From contig JANJGN010000009.1 of NCBI GenBank assembly GCA_026770705.1, positions 164,238,001 through 164,302,000 of the forward strand: a stretch of DNA of 64,000 bases. The letters are read 5' to 3'. The DNA comes from Isurus oxyrinchus. Its lineage: Eukaryota. Each line of letters begins with the position of its first letter. Positions within the stretch are counted from its first letter, which is position 1. Positions 49,000-63,449 of this stretch are shown here, in pieces. The notes beneath the pieces are model-generated. The model made no database searches and had not been told where the DNA came from. It saw nothing but the letters and a program-made list of their open reading frames with translations. Position numbers and translations under genes: made by a program.

Positions 49000-51170
49000 A
49001 ATTCATTCATGGGATGTGGGTGTCAGTGTTTAGGCCATCATTTATTGCCCATCCCTAATAACAGCCCTTGAGAAGGTGGTGGTGAACTGCCTTCTTGAAC
49101 CGCTGCAATCCATGTGTGTTGTTGGTGCACCCACAGTGCCGTTAGGAAGGGAGTTCCAGGATTTGGACACAGCAACAGTGAAGGAACAGCAATATATGTT
49201 GGTAAGTGCCTTGGAGGGGAATTTGGAGGAGGTGTTTTCCCATGCATCTGCTTTCCTTGTCCTTCTAGGTGGTAGAGGCTGCGGGCTTGGAAGGTACTGT
49301 CGAAGGAACCTTGGTGAGTTGCTGCTGTGCATCTTGTAGAAGATACACACTGTTGCCACTTGTGTGTCGGTGGTGGAAGGAGTGAATGGTTAAGTGGTGG
49401 ATGGGGTGCCAATCAAGTGGGCTGCTTTGTCCTGGATGATGTTGAGCTTCTTGAATGTTGTTGGAGCTGCACTCATCCAGGCAAGAGGAGAGTATTCCAT
49501 CACACTCCTGACATTTGCCTTGTAGATCACAGAACCACAGAACCACAGAATCACACAGTGCAGAAGAGGCCCTTCAGTCCATCGAGTCTGCACCGACACA
49601 TGAGGAACACCTGACCTACCTACCTAACCCCATTTACCAGCACTTGGTCCATAGCCTTAAATGTTCTGATGTGCCAAGTGCTCACCAGGTACTTTCTTAA
49701 GGATGTGAGGCAACCCCTTCCACCACCCTCCCAGGCAGTGTATTCTAGACCGTCACCACCCTCTGGGTAAAAAAGTTTTCCCTCACATCCCCCTAAACCT
49801 CCTACCCCTCACCTTGAACTTGTGTCCCCTTGTGACTGACCCTTCAACTAAGGGGAACAGCTCTCCCTATCCACTCTGTTCATGCCCCTCATAATCTTCT
49901 ACACCTCAATCAGGTCGCCCCTTCACTGCTCCAGCGAAAGCAACCCAAGTTTATCCAACCTCTCTTCATAACTTAAACGTTTCATCCCAGGCAACATCTC
50001 GGTGAATCTCCTCTGCACCCCCTCCAGTGCAATCACATCCTTCCTATAATGTGGCGACCAGAACTGCACACAGTACTCCAGCTGTGGCCTCACCAAGGTT
50101 CTATACAACTCCAACATGATCTCCCTACTTTTGTAATCTATGCCTCGATTGATAAAGACAAGTGCCCCATATGCCTTTTTCACCACCCCACTAACATGCC
50201 CTTCCGCCTTCAGAGATCTATGGACACACGTGCCAAAGTCCCTTTGTTCCTCAGAACTTCCTAGTGTCATGCCATTCATTGAATACTTCCTTGTCAAAGT
50301 ACTCTTTTCAAGTGTATCACCTCTCACTTTTCAGGGTTAAATTCCATCTGCCACTTATCTGCCTATTTGACCATCCCGTCTATATCTTCCTGTAGCCCAA
50401 GACACTCAACCTCGCTGTTAACCACCCGGCCAATCTTTGTGTCATCCGCAAACTTACTAATCCTACCCCCCACATAGTCATCTATGTCGTTTATATAAAT
50501 GACAAATAATAGGGACCCAGCACAGAAACCTGTGGTATGCCACTGGACACTGGCTTCCAGTCACTAGATGGTGGACAGGCTTTGGAGAGTCAGGAGGTGA
50601 GCTATTTTCTGACGTGCTCTTGTAGTCACAGTATTTATATGGCTAGTACAGTTCAGTTTCTGGGTGATGATAACCCCCAGGATGTTGATAATGGGGGATT
50701 CAGCAAAGGCAATGCCATTGACTGTTATGGGAGGTGGTTAGATTCTCTAGTCATTGCCTGGCATTTGTGTGGCACAGATGTTACTTGCCACTTGTCAGCC
50801 CAAGCCTGAATATTGTCCAGGTCTTGCCGCATTTGGACATGGAGTGCTTCAGTATCTGAGGAGTCGTGAACGGTGCTGAACATTGTGCATCCATCAACGA
50901 AAATCCCAATTCTGATCTCAGGATGGGGGGAAGGTCATTGATGAAACAGCTGAAGATAGTTGGGCCTAGGACACTACCCTGCAAAACTCCTGCAGTGATG
51001 CCCTCGAACTGAGTTGATTGATCTCCAACAACCACAAACATCTTCTTTTGTTTTAGGTATGACAGCAGAGAGTTTCCCCCCTGATTCCCATTGACTTCAG
51101 TTTTGCTAGGAGTCCTTGATGTCAAACTTGGTCAAATGCTTCCTTGATGTTAAGGGCAGTCACTCTCACC
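49000..51170 (-). mobile_element. LINE family B split by a CR1 insertion
   Basis: ORFs 49042-49599 and 50781-51125 (GVLQGSVLGP) are contiguous across the insert. Confidence 0.85.
49528..50564 (-). mobile_element. CR1 LINE 3' part, nested
   Basis: TSD TAGAT; (TTCTGTGG)n tail; ORF 49923-50327 LYRTLVRPQLEYCVQFWSP. Confidence 0.92.
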
Positions 51171-52109
51171 TCAATGTTATTATCGTCATAGTTCAAGTGA
51201 CAATTTCTTCAAGGTTACATCCATGGGAGCATATTTTTGAAGTACTTACATATGTTTTAAATCAAGCAGTTTGCAATTGCTTTGACTTTAATGTGATAGA
51301 ATATTCTAACAACAAAATACAAACTAAAAACCACCAATTAGTTGTGTTTCAATGAGTGAAGCTACATGTTAAATGTGTGGGAAGAAATAAAGCCACATGC
51401 ACTGACCTTCTGTTTTTCTGTTGTACATGAGTCATTGGTGAGAAGATGTTTTGAATCTTCTTGTGGTATCAGACCATATGTCTAGTTTTTGTTTTTGACA
51501 CGATATCAACTTTTAATGCAAACTCTTGTGGTCTGAGATATATATAGATGCCTTTGTGTTGCTAGGTTTCTGCAGTACTTGTTTGATTTAAAAGTGCTTT
51601 CTAAAGTTGACTCACCATCCTCCTCTCTTCCCAATATAATTACTTTGAAGCGCAAGTAACATTTCCATGGGCCCATGAAATCCATGGACTGTGATCCAGG
51701 CATTTTGTACAGGAATTTTTCCTTGCACTGGGAGCTCACCAGTAGCAACTAGGCATGTCAGGTCCTTCAGATGGTTAAAGGACAGGGCTGGGCCCTCTCT
51801 CTACCATTGCATTGGGAAATATGGTCACAGAGCGCCCATTTCTCTGATTGGCTGATCGAGATTGCTCCATTTTGTTTCTGCCGCCTCAGGAAATGACAGA
51901 TGGTTTGAGGTTGAGCTCGGAATTCCAGGCAATCTGCAGGAGCTGGTCTGAATGTTTCCTCTTAGAGCACTTCTGGGTTTTTTTTGTGCGTGTTGATGAA
52001 ATAATTTGGTCCCTTCTGAAACACAAAGGAAAACGAAACAGCTCAAGTCAGTGAGCTGCTATGGACAGGACTTGACCTTTATGAGGCAAATTGGGTAGAA
52101 AGCTAAAAA

Positions 52110-52480
52110 GATAGATCTGCATTTACACAGCTCCTTTCAAGAGCACTGCATGGTCCAAAGCACTTTACATCCAATGAAGTACTTTTTGAAAGTCACTGTT
52201 GTAATGTAGGGAATGCAACAGTCAGTTTTCACACTGAAAAGCTCTGTGATAATGACCAGGTTGGCTGCTTTTTTGATGTTGATTGAGGGGTAAATTATGG
52301 CCCGAATATTGGGGCTATCTGCCCTGCTCTTCTTCGAAATAGTACCATGGGGCTTTTTACGTCCACCTAACAGGAGAGGTGGGGCTTCAGTTTAACATCT
52401 CATCTGAAAGATTACTTGGGTGAGGCACTCCATCTGTACCGCACTGGAATGCCAAACTAGATTTTGTACTGAAGATCTCT
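52110..52480 (-). mobile_element. Deu-domain SINE
   Basis: Reverse core gtttaacatctcatctgaaag. Confidence 0.6.
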
Positions 52481-52904
52481 GGAGACAGAAATTAACAATG
52501 ACGGCTGCACAGGTTGTGGGGGGACCCTACCCCACTGTCGCCATTTAATACTCCGAGGGTGTTAATTGGCTAGAGACGGGCCTTCTGCCCTCATCTGGAG
52601 AGGAAACCCTGCCACCTGATTGGTCGGCAACTCCCTGGCCTGAGTCTTGCACTCGTCAGGCACACGCAATTGGCGGGGGCCCAGAAGCAGACGGGAAATG
52701 CACTCCCGGTCGCGATCAAACGCCCCCAAGCACAATTTCGGGCTGGCTGGCCGATTAACGGGCAGCCAGCGTGACACGCGCACTGAGGAAGGCTCGGTGC
52801 TGCCGGGGTCGGCAGGAAACGGGCGAGCACCAAGGAAAGTGAGGGCCCGGGCGGGCGCTCCAAGTGAGCCCCCTGGAGCTGCCTCAGAGAGCTGCATGCA
52901 AACA

Positions 52905-54092
52905 TGTAACATACGAACAAGGAGCAGGCGTAGGCCATTTGGCCCCTCCAGCCTGCTCTGCCATTCAATAAGATCATGGCTGCTCTGATAGTATCATCAA
53001 ATCTGCATCCCCCGATAATCTATCACCCCCTTGCTTACCGGGAATCTATCCCCTTCTGCCTTAAAAATATTCAAAGACTCTACTTCCAACCCCTTTTCAG
53101 GAAGAGAGTTCCAAAGGCTCACCACCCTCTGAGAGAAAGAATCTGGCCTCATCTCAGTTTTAAATGAGCGACCCCTTGTTTTTAAACAGTGACCCCTAGT
53201 TCTAGATTCTCACATAAGAGGAAACAGCCTCTCCACCTCCAAAACAAAAACAGAATTACCTGGAAAATCTCAGCAGGTCTGGCAGCATCGGCGGAGAAGA
53301 AAAGAGTTGACGTTTCGAGTCCCCTCAGGACCTTGTAGGTTTCAAACAAATCGCCTCTTACTCTTCTAAACTGCAGCAGATACAAGCCTAGTCTGTCCAA
53401 CCTTTCCTCATTAGAAAACCCGCCCATTCCAGGTATTAGTCTGGTAAACCACCTCCGAACTCCTTACAACACATTTACATCCTTCCTTAAATAAGGTGAC
53501 CAATACTGTACACAGTGTTACAGATGTGGTCTCACTAGTGCTCTGTATAACTGAAGCATAACCTTCCAACTCTTGTATTCAATTCCCCTCGCAATAAATG
53601 ATAACATTCTATTCGCTTTCCTAATTACTTGCTCTACCTGCATACTAGCCTTCTGTGATTCATGCACTAAGTCACCCAGATCCCTCTGCATCTCTGCAGT
53701 CTCTCACCATTTAAATAACATGCTTCTCTTTTATTCTTCCTGCCAAAATGGACAATTTCGCATTTTGCCACATTATACTCCAGTTGCTAGATCTTTACCC
53801 GCCCACTCAACCTATCTGTATCTTTTTGTAGCCTCCTTATGTCCTTTTCACAATTTACTTTCTACCTATCTTTGTGTCATCAGCAAATTTGGCAACGTCC
53901 CTTCAATCCCTTCATCCAAATCATTTCTATAAATTGTAAACAGTTGAGGTCCCTGTGACATGCCACTCGATACATCTTGCCAACCTGAAAAAGACCCATT
54001 TATGCCTACTCTCTGCTTCCTGTTAGCCAGCCAATCTTCTATCCATGCCAATGTGTTACCCCCTACACCATAGGGTTTTATTTTCTGTAATA
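52905..54092 (-). mobile_element. CR1 LINE 3' part, containing a Penelope-type fragment at 53240-53325
   Basis: ORFs 53182-53427 and 53866-54150 (WIEDWLANRKQRV). Confidence 0.9.
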
Positions 54093-55199
54093 ACGTGTAC
54101 AAATTAAATGAGAAGAAAATAATGCAGGAAACTGTGTCTATGCAACACATTCAAGCACCTGATAACAGCACTCAAAAAACATCAGTCACCAAATATCTTT
54201 TTTTTTATTATATTTCATCCTGGACATTTCAGCCCGCCGTGGATCGAGGTTGTAGCAAAAATGTGAAGCCCGCCAGGCCGATTGGCCTGTCCACCAATCA
54301 TAAACCTGGACAGGCAACATACAATCGCGGACAATAGGCTTTGTAATGACTTTAATTGGCCCTTTAATTGTTAGAGGATGTGGCTCTGATTCCCACATGC
54401 GACCATCGACTTCAATATTGCGCACGTGTGTCTAATGACATCAGGGCGCAGGCCCGATGTCCTTTCGCGCAATTTTACGTGCGTTCGGGGGGGGGGGGCG
54501 TGCGCCTGACCTTGGGACGCAAAATTCAGGCCTCTAATTGCAGGCCGCTAGGAGCAGAGGCCACCACTGAGACCAGTAAACCAAGAACCAGGAGCCCAAT
54601 GAAAGGGGAGCCTTGGTGGGGCTGGGACATGAGGCCCCAGGAGTGTGGGGAGAGAGGTGCTGGGGGAGCAGGGTGGGAGATGGGGGGGGACAAAGGCCCG
54701 GAGGGGGTGCGGTGGGGGCATCTGAGGTGGCTGGGATGTGAGGCAGACCTTGGGGACCTCCCCACCGCCCCATCAGAAAACAGGGCCCGTGAAGGATGTA
54801 GTGCCCAGCATGCCCACAAGTGGCCCAAACAGGCTAACCTACAGGGCTTCACCCCTTGCTCGCATCCCTCCCCTCCCTGCCCCATCACCAACCTCCTCCT
54901 GCTGACTGACAAATTGCGGTTTGGCAGGAACAGGCCTTTAAGTGGATATTAATTGGCTAGTCCTGCTCCTCCACTCTTTCCCCACTTGTACTGTCTCAGG
55001 GTAAGTAGGGATGGGTGAAACATCCCAGTGCCAATGATGTCCAGACATCAGAAAACCTCCACTTCAGCAGCGGACCTCATGGTCCTGATCTCCCGATCTG
55101 GGCCCGAATCCCTATTTCCAAGTTGCCTATTTACCTTCCTGTGATTTTTAGGGCCCATCTTCCATGGAAGATCCTTCCAAACACATGCAGTGCAGCAAT

Positions 55200-57530
55200 T
55201 ACAGAATCACAGAATCTTAGCGGCACAGAAGGAGGCCATTTGGCCCATCATGTCTTCACCAGCTCTCCAAATGAGCATTATGACCGAGTGCCATTGCCCT
55301 GCCTTTTCCCTGCACCCCTGCACATTGTTTCTATTTAAATAATCATCCAATGCCCTCTTGAATGCCTCGATTGAACCTGCCTCCACCACACTTCCAGGCC
55401 GTGCATTCCCGACCCGAACCACTCGTTGTGTGAAAAAGTTTTTTCTCGCATCACACTTGCTTCTTTTGCAAATCACTTTAAACCTGTGCCCTCTTGCTCT
55501 TGATCCTTTTACGAGTGGGAACAGCTTCTCCCTATCTACTCTGTCCAACCCGCTCATGATTTTGAACATCTCTATCAAATCTCCTCTCAGCCACCTTCTC
55601 TCCAGAAGAACAGCCCTATAGCTGAAGTGTCTCATCCCTGGAACCATTCTTGTAAACCTCTCCTGCACTCTCTCCAATGTGTTCACATCCTTCCCATAAT
55701 ATAGTGCCCAGAACTGTACACCATACTCCAGCTGAGGTCTAACAAGTGTTTCATAAATTCAGCATAACCTCCTTGCTCTTGTACTCTATTCCCCTGTTAA
55801 TAAAGCCCAGGATACTTTATGCTTTATTAACTGCTCTGTCCACCTGTCCTGCCACCTTCAATGATCTTTGCACATATACAGCCAGGTCTTTCTGCTCCTG
55901 CACACCCTTCAAAATTTCACCCCTTATTTTATATTGTCTGTCCATGTTCTTCTTCCCAAAATGCATCACCTCACACTTCCCCACATTGTCCTTCATCTGC
56001 CATCCATCTGCTCACTCCACCAACTTGCCTATGTCCCTTTGAAGTTCCACACCATCCTCCTCGCAGTTCACCGCTCTCTCAAGCTTCGTATCATCCACAA
56101 ACTTTGAAATCGTCCCCTGCAAATCAAGATCAATATCATTAATATATATCAGAAACATCAAGGGTCCCAATACCGACCCCTGGGGAACTCCACTACAAAC
56201 CTTCTTCCAACCTGAATAATGTCCATTGACCAATACTCTCTGTTTCTTATTACGCAGCCAATTTTGTATCCATGTTGCTACTGTCCCTTCTATTCCTTGG
56301 GCAATAACTTTCCTCAGAAGCCAATTATGTGGCACTGTGTCAAATACCTTTTCGAAGTCCATGTACACCACATCAATAGCATTACCCTCATCGACCCCTT
56401 CTGTCACCACTTCAAAAAAATCCAGCAAGTTAGTTAAACACAATTTCCCCAATAGAAATCCATGCTAACTCTTCCTTATCAGCCCATATTTTTCCATGTC
56501 ACTACTAATTCTATCCTGAATAATTGTTTTTAGAATCTTGCCCAGCACTGAAGTTAAACTGAATGGCCTATAATTGCTGGGCTTATCCTTACAATCATTT
56601 TTGAACAAGGGTATAATGTTTGCAATTCTCCAGTCCTGTGACACCTCCCTGAGTCTAGGGAAGACTGAAAGATTATGGCCAGTGCCCCTGCAATTTCTGC
56701 TCTCATTTCCTTCAATATCCTTGAATGCTTCTCACCCGGTCCCGGTGTCTTGTCAACTTTAAGTACCGACAGTCTATTCAACATTTCCTCCTTATCAATT
56801 TTGAACCCTTCTAGTGACAGAGTTTCCTCATCTGTCAACATGGCCTGGATAGCATCTACCTCCCTGGTAAAGACAGATGCACAGTGTTCATTTAATACCT
56901 CGTCCATTGGCCCTTCATCCATGTGTAAATTCCATTTTAGGCCCCTAATCAGCCTTGGTCTTCCTTTTACCACCCTTTCACTATTTATGTGCCTATAGAT
57001 GACTTTGGGATTCCCCTTTGTGTTGGCTGCCAGTTTTTTCTCATAATCCCTCTTTGCTTCTCCTACTTGCTTTTTCACCTCCACCCTGAACCTTCTGTAT
57101 TCCGCTTGGTTCTCAGTTGTGTTTTCTACCTGATACCTGTTATAAGTGCACTTTTTCTTCTTTATCCTAATTTCAATCTCCTTTTTCATCCAGGGAGCTC
57201 TGGATTATTTTGCCCTATCTTTCCCTTTCGATGGAATATACCTTGCCTGTGCCTGAACCAATTCTTTTTTGAAGGTAGCCCATTGTTCAGTTACAGTTTT
57301 TCCTGCCAATCTTTCATTCCAGTCTATCTGGCCCAGCTGTGTTCTTGCCCCATTGAAGTCGGCTCTTGTCCAGTTAATTATGCTTGCTCTGGATTACCTA
57401 TCTCCCTTTTCTATCATCATCCTAAAACATACAATGCAATGATCACTGTCTCCTAATGCTCCCCCACTGACACTTGATCTAGTAGGCCCACCTCATTTCC
57501 AAGAACCAAGTCCAACAGAGCTTCTTCCCT
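55200..57530 (-). mobile_element. CR1 LINE ORF2 (linker and RT to the 3' end), decayed
   Basis: VDEGNAIDVVYMDFEKVFD, GVPQGSVLGP, KFVDDTKL; (TTCTGTGA)n tail at 55200. Confidence 0.95.
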
Positions 57531-57604
57531 CGCAGGGAGCAGCAGAGAGAATCATCATATAAGCTACGCTCCCTTTTTACAGCATTAGCTGCTGTATATC
57601 TTTT

Positions 57605-58325
57605 ACCCTTTCAAGGGATGTGGACATTGCTGGCTAGGTCAGCACTTATTGCCCATACCCAATTTTCCTTGAGAAGGTGGTTGTTAGCTGCCTTCTTGAA
57701 CCACTGCAGTCCATGGGTGGGTGTAAGTGTACCCACAGCGCTGTTAGGGAGGGAGTTTCAGGATTTTGACCCAGCGACAGAGAAGGAACAACGATATATT
57801 TCCAAGTCAGGATGACACGTGGTTTGGAGGAGAACTTGCAGTTGGTGGTGTTTCCATGCATCTGCTGCCCTTGCCCTTCTAGATGGCCGAGTTCGCAGGT
57901 TCGAAGGTGCTGTTGAAGGAGCCTTGGTGAGTTGCTGCAGTGCAACTTGTAGATGGTATACACTGCTGCTACTGTGCGTCTGTGATGGTGGTGGAGGGAG
58001 TGAAAGGTTAATGTGGCGGTGGATGGGGTGACAGTCAAGCAGGTTATTTTGACCTGGATGGTGTCAAGCTTCTTGAGTGTTTTTGGAGTTACATTCATCC
58101 AGACCAGTTTCGCCACACACCATCTTGACTTGGAACTATATCAACATTCCTCCACCATCGCTGGGTCAAAAACCTGGAACTCTCTTCCTAACAGCGCTGT
58201 GGATGTACCTACACCAAATGGACTGCAGTGGTTCACGAAAGAGCTCACCACCACCTTCGCAAAGGCTATTAGGGACAATGCATGCGGGCCAAGTCAATGA
58301 TGCCCAATTCCCATGAACGAATGAT
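57605..58325. mobile_element. Two oppositely oriented LINE family B 3' ends (minus 57605-58105; plus 58110-58325)
   Basis: ORFs 57646-58116(-) and 58013-58316(+) encode the same terminal peptides. Confidence 0.75.
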
Positions 58326-60522
58326 TACAAAAATAGCAAAACTGTTTCAGTGCAGCTGCCCCAGGTCCTGCCAGGTTGCAATTGGTCAGCGTCAGAGAGT
58401 TCCCAATGGCTGCCCACCTCATGAAACACTCGGGATGTCAGGAGGCTAGCTCTCAATGAGCTCCCTAATGCCCTCAATCCACCCAATTGACAAGGTGCTT
58501 GGTTTTACTTTCCTGCCCTTTACTCTCTGCACACCGCCACCCCCACCACCCCTCTCCTCCCCACCCCATCCTCAGGAAAGTCAGCAGGAGACAGGGATGG
58601 TTTGCAGGCTCCCAGCACCATTTCTTTTTGCCATCCCACCTCTGCTCCATCCCAATTCCGGATGGGAAGATCTGGCCCGTGGCGTCTGCACATGCAATTT
58701 AATGCTGAGGTCTACAAGTAACTGCCACCTCAAGGTGTGCTACTGGAGTCTCTGCAGATGGCAAAGCTTCCCCTTTTACACCACAGTAACGCTATTCCAA
58801 AAAAATCCCAGGAAGTTACATCTTGTTAATGAGGCCTAACCAGGTTCTTAATGGCGTGTCAAATCTTAATTACTCCTGACATACCTCTCTGGCCTTGGAA
58901 ATCCAATTACATATTTGTGTAATGTCAGTTTTTTTTCTATTATGAGAGTCACGCAGTTTTTTTTAATTTAATTTTTTTTCAAGTTTGTTTACAATATTTC
59001 AACTTCTAACGTGCACGTCTCCATCTTTATGTCACTCTCTGTAAAACCTGCAAAAAAGTGAAGGAAAATCGTTTCCTTTTCCCTGGACTGAGAATTCTCC
59101 AAGTGATTGGCTGCTTACCCTGCGGGGTTGTATCACTGTGGCTGGACACCTGGGGACCCCCTTGATTCAAATGAACATCCAAAAAGGTTAAATTCATGCC
59201 AGAGAGATCATTGGACAGCTTTTCCCTCTGGCCAGCAACGAGTGCCGTCACTTTGCACTGACTGCAAACTCTAGGCAATGACCTTTGCAGACCGTACCTA
59301 AGATCGAATAAATCCTTAACAAACACAGTGTAATGAGGCATTCAGCATCAACTCACAGCCGGCTGTAGCGACACCCAGCAGCTCAAGTTATGAACTACAC
59401 ATAATAGTGTGACAAGAAGCACAGAAATAGAGCTGGCTAGAACCTCTCAGCAGGTCTGATCATTATGCTTCCAGAAATTAATGGGACATGTCCTACGTTA
59501 TGTTGACAGTACCCTATGCCAGGATGTTTACTTTTATTTAAACTTCAACCTGCCCAGTTCTTTAAAATTTAAATAAGTTCAGACTATCGATGCACATTCC
59601 CCATGCCCGACTCAATTTCTCAACCAATCCAGTGCCCCCTGCCCTCCTCCCACTATCCTTCTCACACCCTGCTGGAGTAGAGCAAGCACCTTTAAACTAG
59701 CCTGGCATTCCCATGCAGTATTGAGGAACTGCTGCACTGTTGGACAGGCAATCTTTCAGATAAGGTGTCAAACTGAGGCCTATAGTCTGCTGTCACAAGT
59801 GGACATAAAAGATCCCACGGCGCTATTTCAAGGGAAAGCAGGGGAGTTCTTACTGCTGTTCTGGCCAATTTTCATCCCCCAACCAACTAGACTTTGATTA
59901 TATTTCATTGCCTGTAAAGTGCTTTGAGACATCCCCATGTCAGACCCTGTGTGCAATGAAACTATAAGCTTGGTGCATGTAGCACCGCACCAGGATAGGG
60001 AGAGAGGTGACATAGCCAGGGTAACTTAAGAGCAACACTCAGTCCAACCCAGCAAGCTACCCAATTATATCTAACAGTGACTCAAGAAGGAATAGAATGG
60101 TTACAGCATGGAAAGAGACAATTCGGAACTGAGCAGCTGCTGCATTGTTGGAGTTGCAATCTTTCAGATCAAGCCTCAAACTGAGGCCCAGTTTGCCCTC
60201 TTGGAGGAACATAAACGACTTCATGGCACTATATCAAGGAAGGGCGGGGAGGGAGGGTCCTTCCTGCTGTACGCCATGGGAAGTTTTGTATTTTTAAAGT
60301 ACATGCGCAGAACAGTTTCCCATTTTTGCAGATACACACAAATCGGTAATTCAGAGTGAAAATAATGCAGAATTGCCAAAGATAAGTAGCACAGCCAGTG
60401 TGAGAGGAAGATCATTGTGCCCTCTAGAGGCGTAGCAAAGGGACTGCACGTTGTGATTGGTGCGGGCAGATTCAGTGCAGGTTCATGAGAGTTCCTATAT
60501 CACCCCACCACTCACACCAAGG

Positions 60523-62183
60523 AGAAGGAATTTTCCCTCGTCAGCCGGCCGGGGGTGGTCAGGGCCAATTGAGGCCTGCCCAGCGTGAAAGGCGCGCTGC
60601 AGCGCTCAGCGCTGCCTGTGGGGATGGGGAGGAGGAGGGCGAGTGTGAACTTTGCGCTAGTGCGTGAGATTTTCATTTGAGCGCAAAAATCTCCCTGAGG
60701 CACCGAGGAGATGGATACTTCTCAAAATAAAAAAATAAAGGTTTCCAAACTGTTACAAAGCATGTCCCCTCATGTCACATGAGCAGGGACATATTATTAA
60801 TTAAAGTTTAAATTTTTTACTTTATTTTTATTTGCTGTTGGAAATCTCGTCCTACCTGTGGATGAGGTTTCCTAAAAAAATACAAAGGCCGCTTGGACTT
60901 TTTGGTGCTGCCACCTGTAACGAGTCAATGGGAATCAGGGGGAAAACTCTCCACTGGTTGGAGTCATACCTAGCACAAAGGAAGATGGTTGTGGTTGTTG
61001 GAGGTCAGTCATCTCAGCTCCAGGACATCACTGCAGGAGGTCCTCAGGGTAGTGTCCTAGGCCCAACCATCTTCAGCTGCTTCATCAATGACTTTCCTTC
61101 CGTCATAAGGTCAAGAGTGGGGATGTTCGCTGATGATTGCACAATGTCCAGCATCATTCACAACTCCTCAGATACTGAAGCAGTCCATGTCCAAATGCAG
61201 AAAGACCTGGACAATATCCAGGCTTGGGCTGACAAGTGGCAATTAACATTTGCGCTACACAAGTGCCAGGCAATGACCATCTTCAACAAGCGAGAATCCA
61301 ACCATTGCCCCTTGATGTTCAATGGCGTTACCATCACTGAATCCCCCACTATCCAACACTCTGGAGGTTACCATTGACCAGAAACTGAACTGGACTAGCC
61401 ATATAAATACTGTGGCTACAAGAGCAGGTTAGTGGTTAGGAATTGTGTGGTGAGTAACTCACCTCCTGACTCTCCAAAGTCTGTCCACCATCTATAAGGC
61501 ACAAGTCAGGAGTGTGATGGAGTACTCCCCACATGCCGGGATGAGTGCAGCTCCCACAACACTCAAGAAGCTTGACACCATCCAGGACAAAGCAGCCCGC
61601 TTGATTGGCACCACATCCACAAACATTCACTCCCTCCACCACCGACGCACAGCAGCAGCAGTGTGTACCATCTACAAGATGCACTGCAGGAATTCACCAA
61701 AGCTCCTTAGACAGCACCTTCCAAACCCACAACCACTCCCACCTAGAAGGACAAGGGCAGCAGATAGATGGGAACACCACCACCTGGAAGTTCCCCTCCA
61801 AGTCACTCACCATCCTAACTTGGAAATATATCTCCGTTCCTTCACTGTCGCTGGGTCAAAGTCCTGGAACTCCCTCCCTAACAGCACTGTGGCTGTACCT
61901 ACACCACAGGAGCTGCAGCGGTTCAAGAAGGCAGCTCACCACCACCTTCTCAAGGGCAACTAGGGATGGGCAATAAATGCTGGCCCAGCCAGCGCAGCCC
62001 ACATCCCCCGAATGAATTTTTTAAAAACATTTAATTACATTGTTAATGGCCTTAATAGGACTTTTAATTGTTGGTGGGCACGTTGCTGACTCCGATGTGC
62101 ACCCACTGACGGAACTATCGCTCTTCATTTAATGCTGGAGCGGGTCAGACAGGCACCCACCCACTCAGTGAAAAATTCAGCCC
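60523..62183. mobile_element. Harbinger-type MITE interrupted by LINE family B
   Basis: Left aggaattttcc, right aaaattcagccc; interior homologous to 33264-33952 in reverse. Confidence 0.6.
60920..62025 (+). mobile_element. LINE family B, RT to 3' end (least decayed copy)
   Basis: GPQGSVLGP, MFADD, IQAWADKWQLTF..KCQ; ORF 61514-61963. Confidence 0.92.
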
Positions 62184-62204
62184 AAGAACTGAAGAAGGCG
62201 AGAC

Positions 62205-62600
62205 TTGTATATACATACCACCTTACACAGCCACAGGATGGTCCAAAGTGTTTTACAGCCAATGAAGTATATTTGAAGGATTGTCACTGTTGGAATTCAG
62301 GAGACACAGCAATCAATTTACGCACAGCAAGCTCCCAAAAACAGCAAAGTGATAAGCAGATGATCTGTTTTGCTGATATTGATTGAAGGATAAATATTGA
62401 ACAGGATGCTTGCGAAAGCTTCCCGGCTCTTCTTCGAAATAAGACATTTTTACATCCACCTGAAAGGTTAGACTTGGCCTCAGTTTATCGCCTCATCTGA
62501 AAGAGGGCACATCCAACAGTGCAGCACTCTCTCAGCATTGCATCGGTGTGTCAGCTTAGCTTATTGTGCTCAGGTCCTGGAATGGGACTTGATCCCACAA
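62205..62600 (-). mobile_element. Deu-domain SINE
   Basis: Reverse core cagtgcagcactctctcag. Confidence 0.65.
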
Positions 62601-62739
62601 GTCTCTGATAGAAAACATTTCATGGTCTAGATTTTCCACCTCCGTAACCACACAATAAATAGCCCATTTCAAGACATAACTAGGGTTTCTCGGTGGAATT
62701 GTGGTGATGCACAAAGAACAACTCAGGAAATGTCACTTA

Positions 62740-63355
62740 TGTTATGACGTGGCAGATGGCGTGTGCCAGGCAGATTAAATCCACCAGGGAAACTTGATCC
62801 CGCTATCACAACAGTTTTCCAATTAGTATTTATTTCTCGATGTGTGCCCTGAATTCAGAAGTAATAAGTCCACCAAGACTTCAGATTTTTTTTTAATCTA
62901 AATTAAGCATTTATTAACAAAAGAAAAGATCTCAAGCACATATATGGGTCTACAAGTTACTACTATAATACTTCCTAAAACCCCTAATTAATCTGGCTTC
63001 TAGTTACGCCCCCGTTAATGCAACAGTAAAAAAGAACTAGATTTTAAACAGATCCAGCAAGCTAAACACAATACCCCGTACAGTAGCTTTTCCTAGTTTC
63101 AGTTTCTGTAGACAGCAGGTTTAATGTACAAATACTGGAGACTTCTCACACTTCTGGTAGATCTTATAATGGCTTCCTTCTGACACATATCATCATTCTC
63201 CTTTATACATGTTTCTCCCTTTAATGTATAAATTCCATTGTCCATCTGCCTTTGGAACTTTACCTTTTTCATAATATAAATCTTTTCACTATATTGTCAA
63301 TAACCCTTGAGAAAAATAAACATTCTTTAAGTTGCTTATCTGGCTATTTGTAAAC
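62740..63355. mobile_element. Truncated solo LTR, ending at a (TA)n microsatellite
   Basis: TGTTATGA start; homologous to 2880-3540. Confidence 0.7.
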
Positions 63356-63449
63356 ATATATATATATATATATACATATATAGTCTACCCACCTTATCAT
63401 AGTACTTACTGAACATTAAATGACCAAGACATTGAATACTTTGAACCAT

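Noticed and set aside
54368-54952. 194-aa GC-rich ORF and similar ORFs at 2135, 52562 and 58456
   Set aside because: They lie within GC-rich MITE-like repeats and show no recognisable domain or splice structure.
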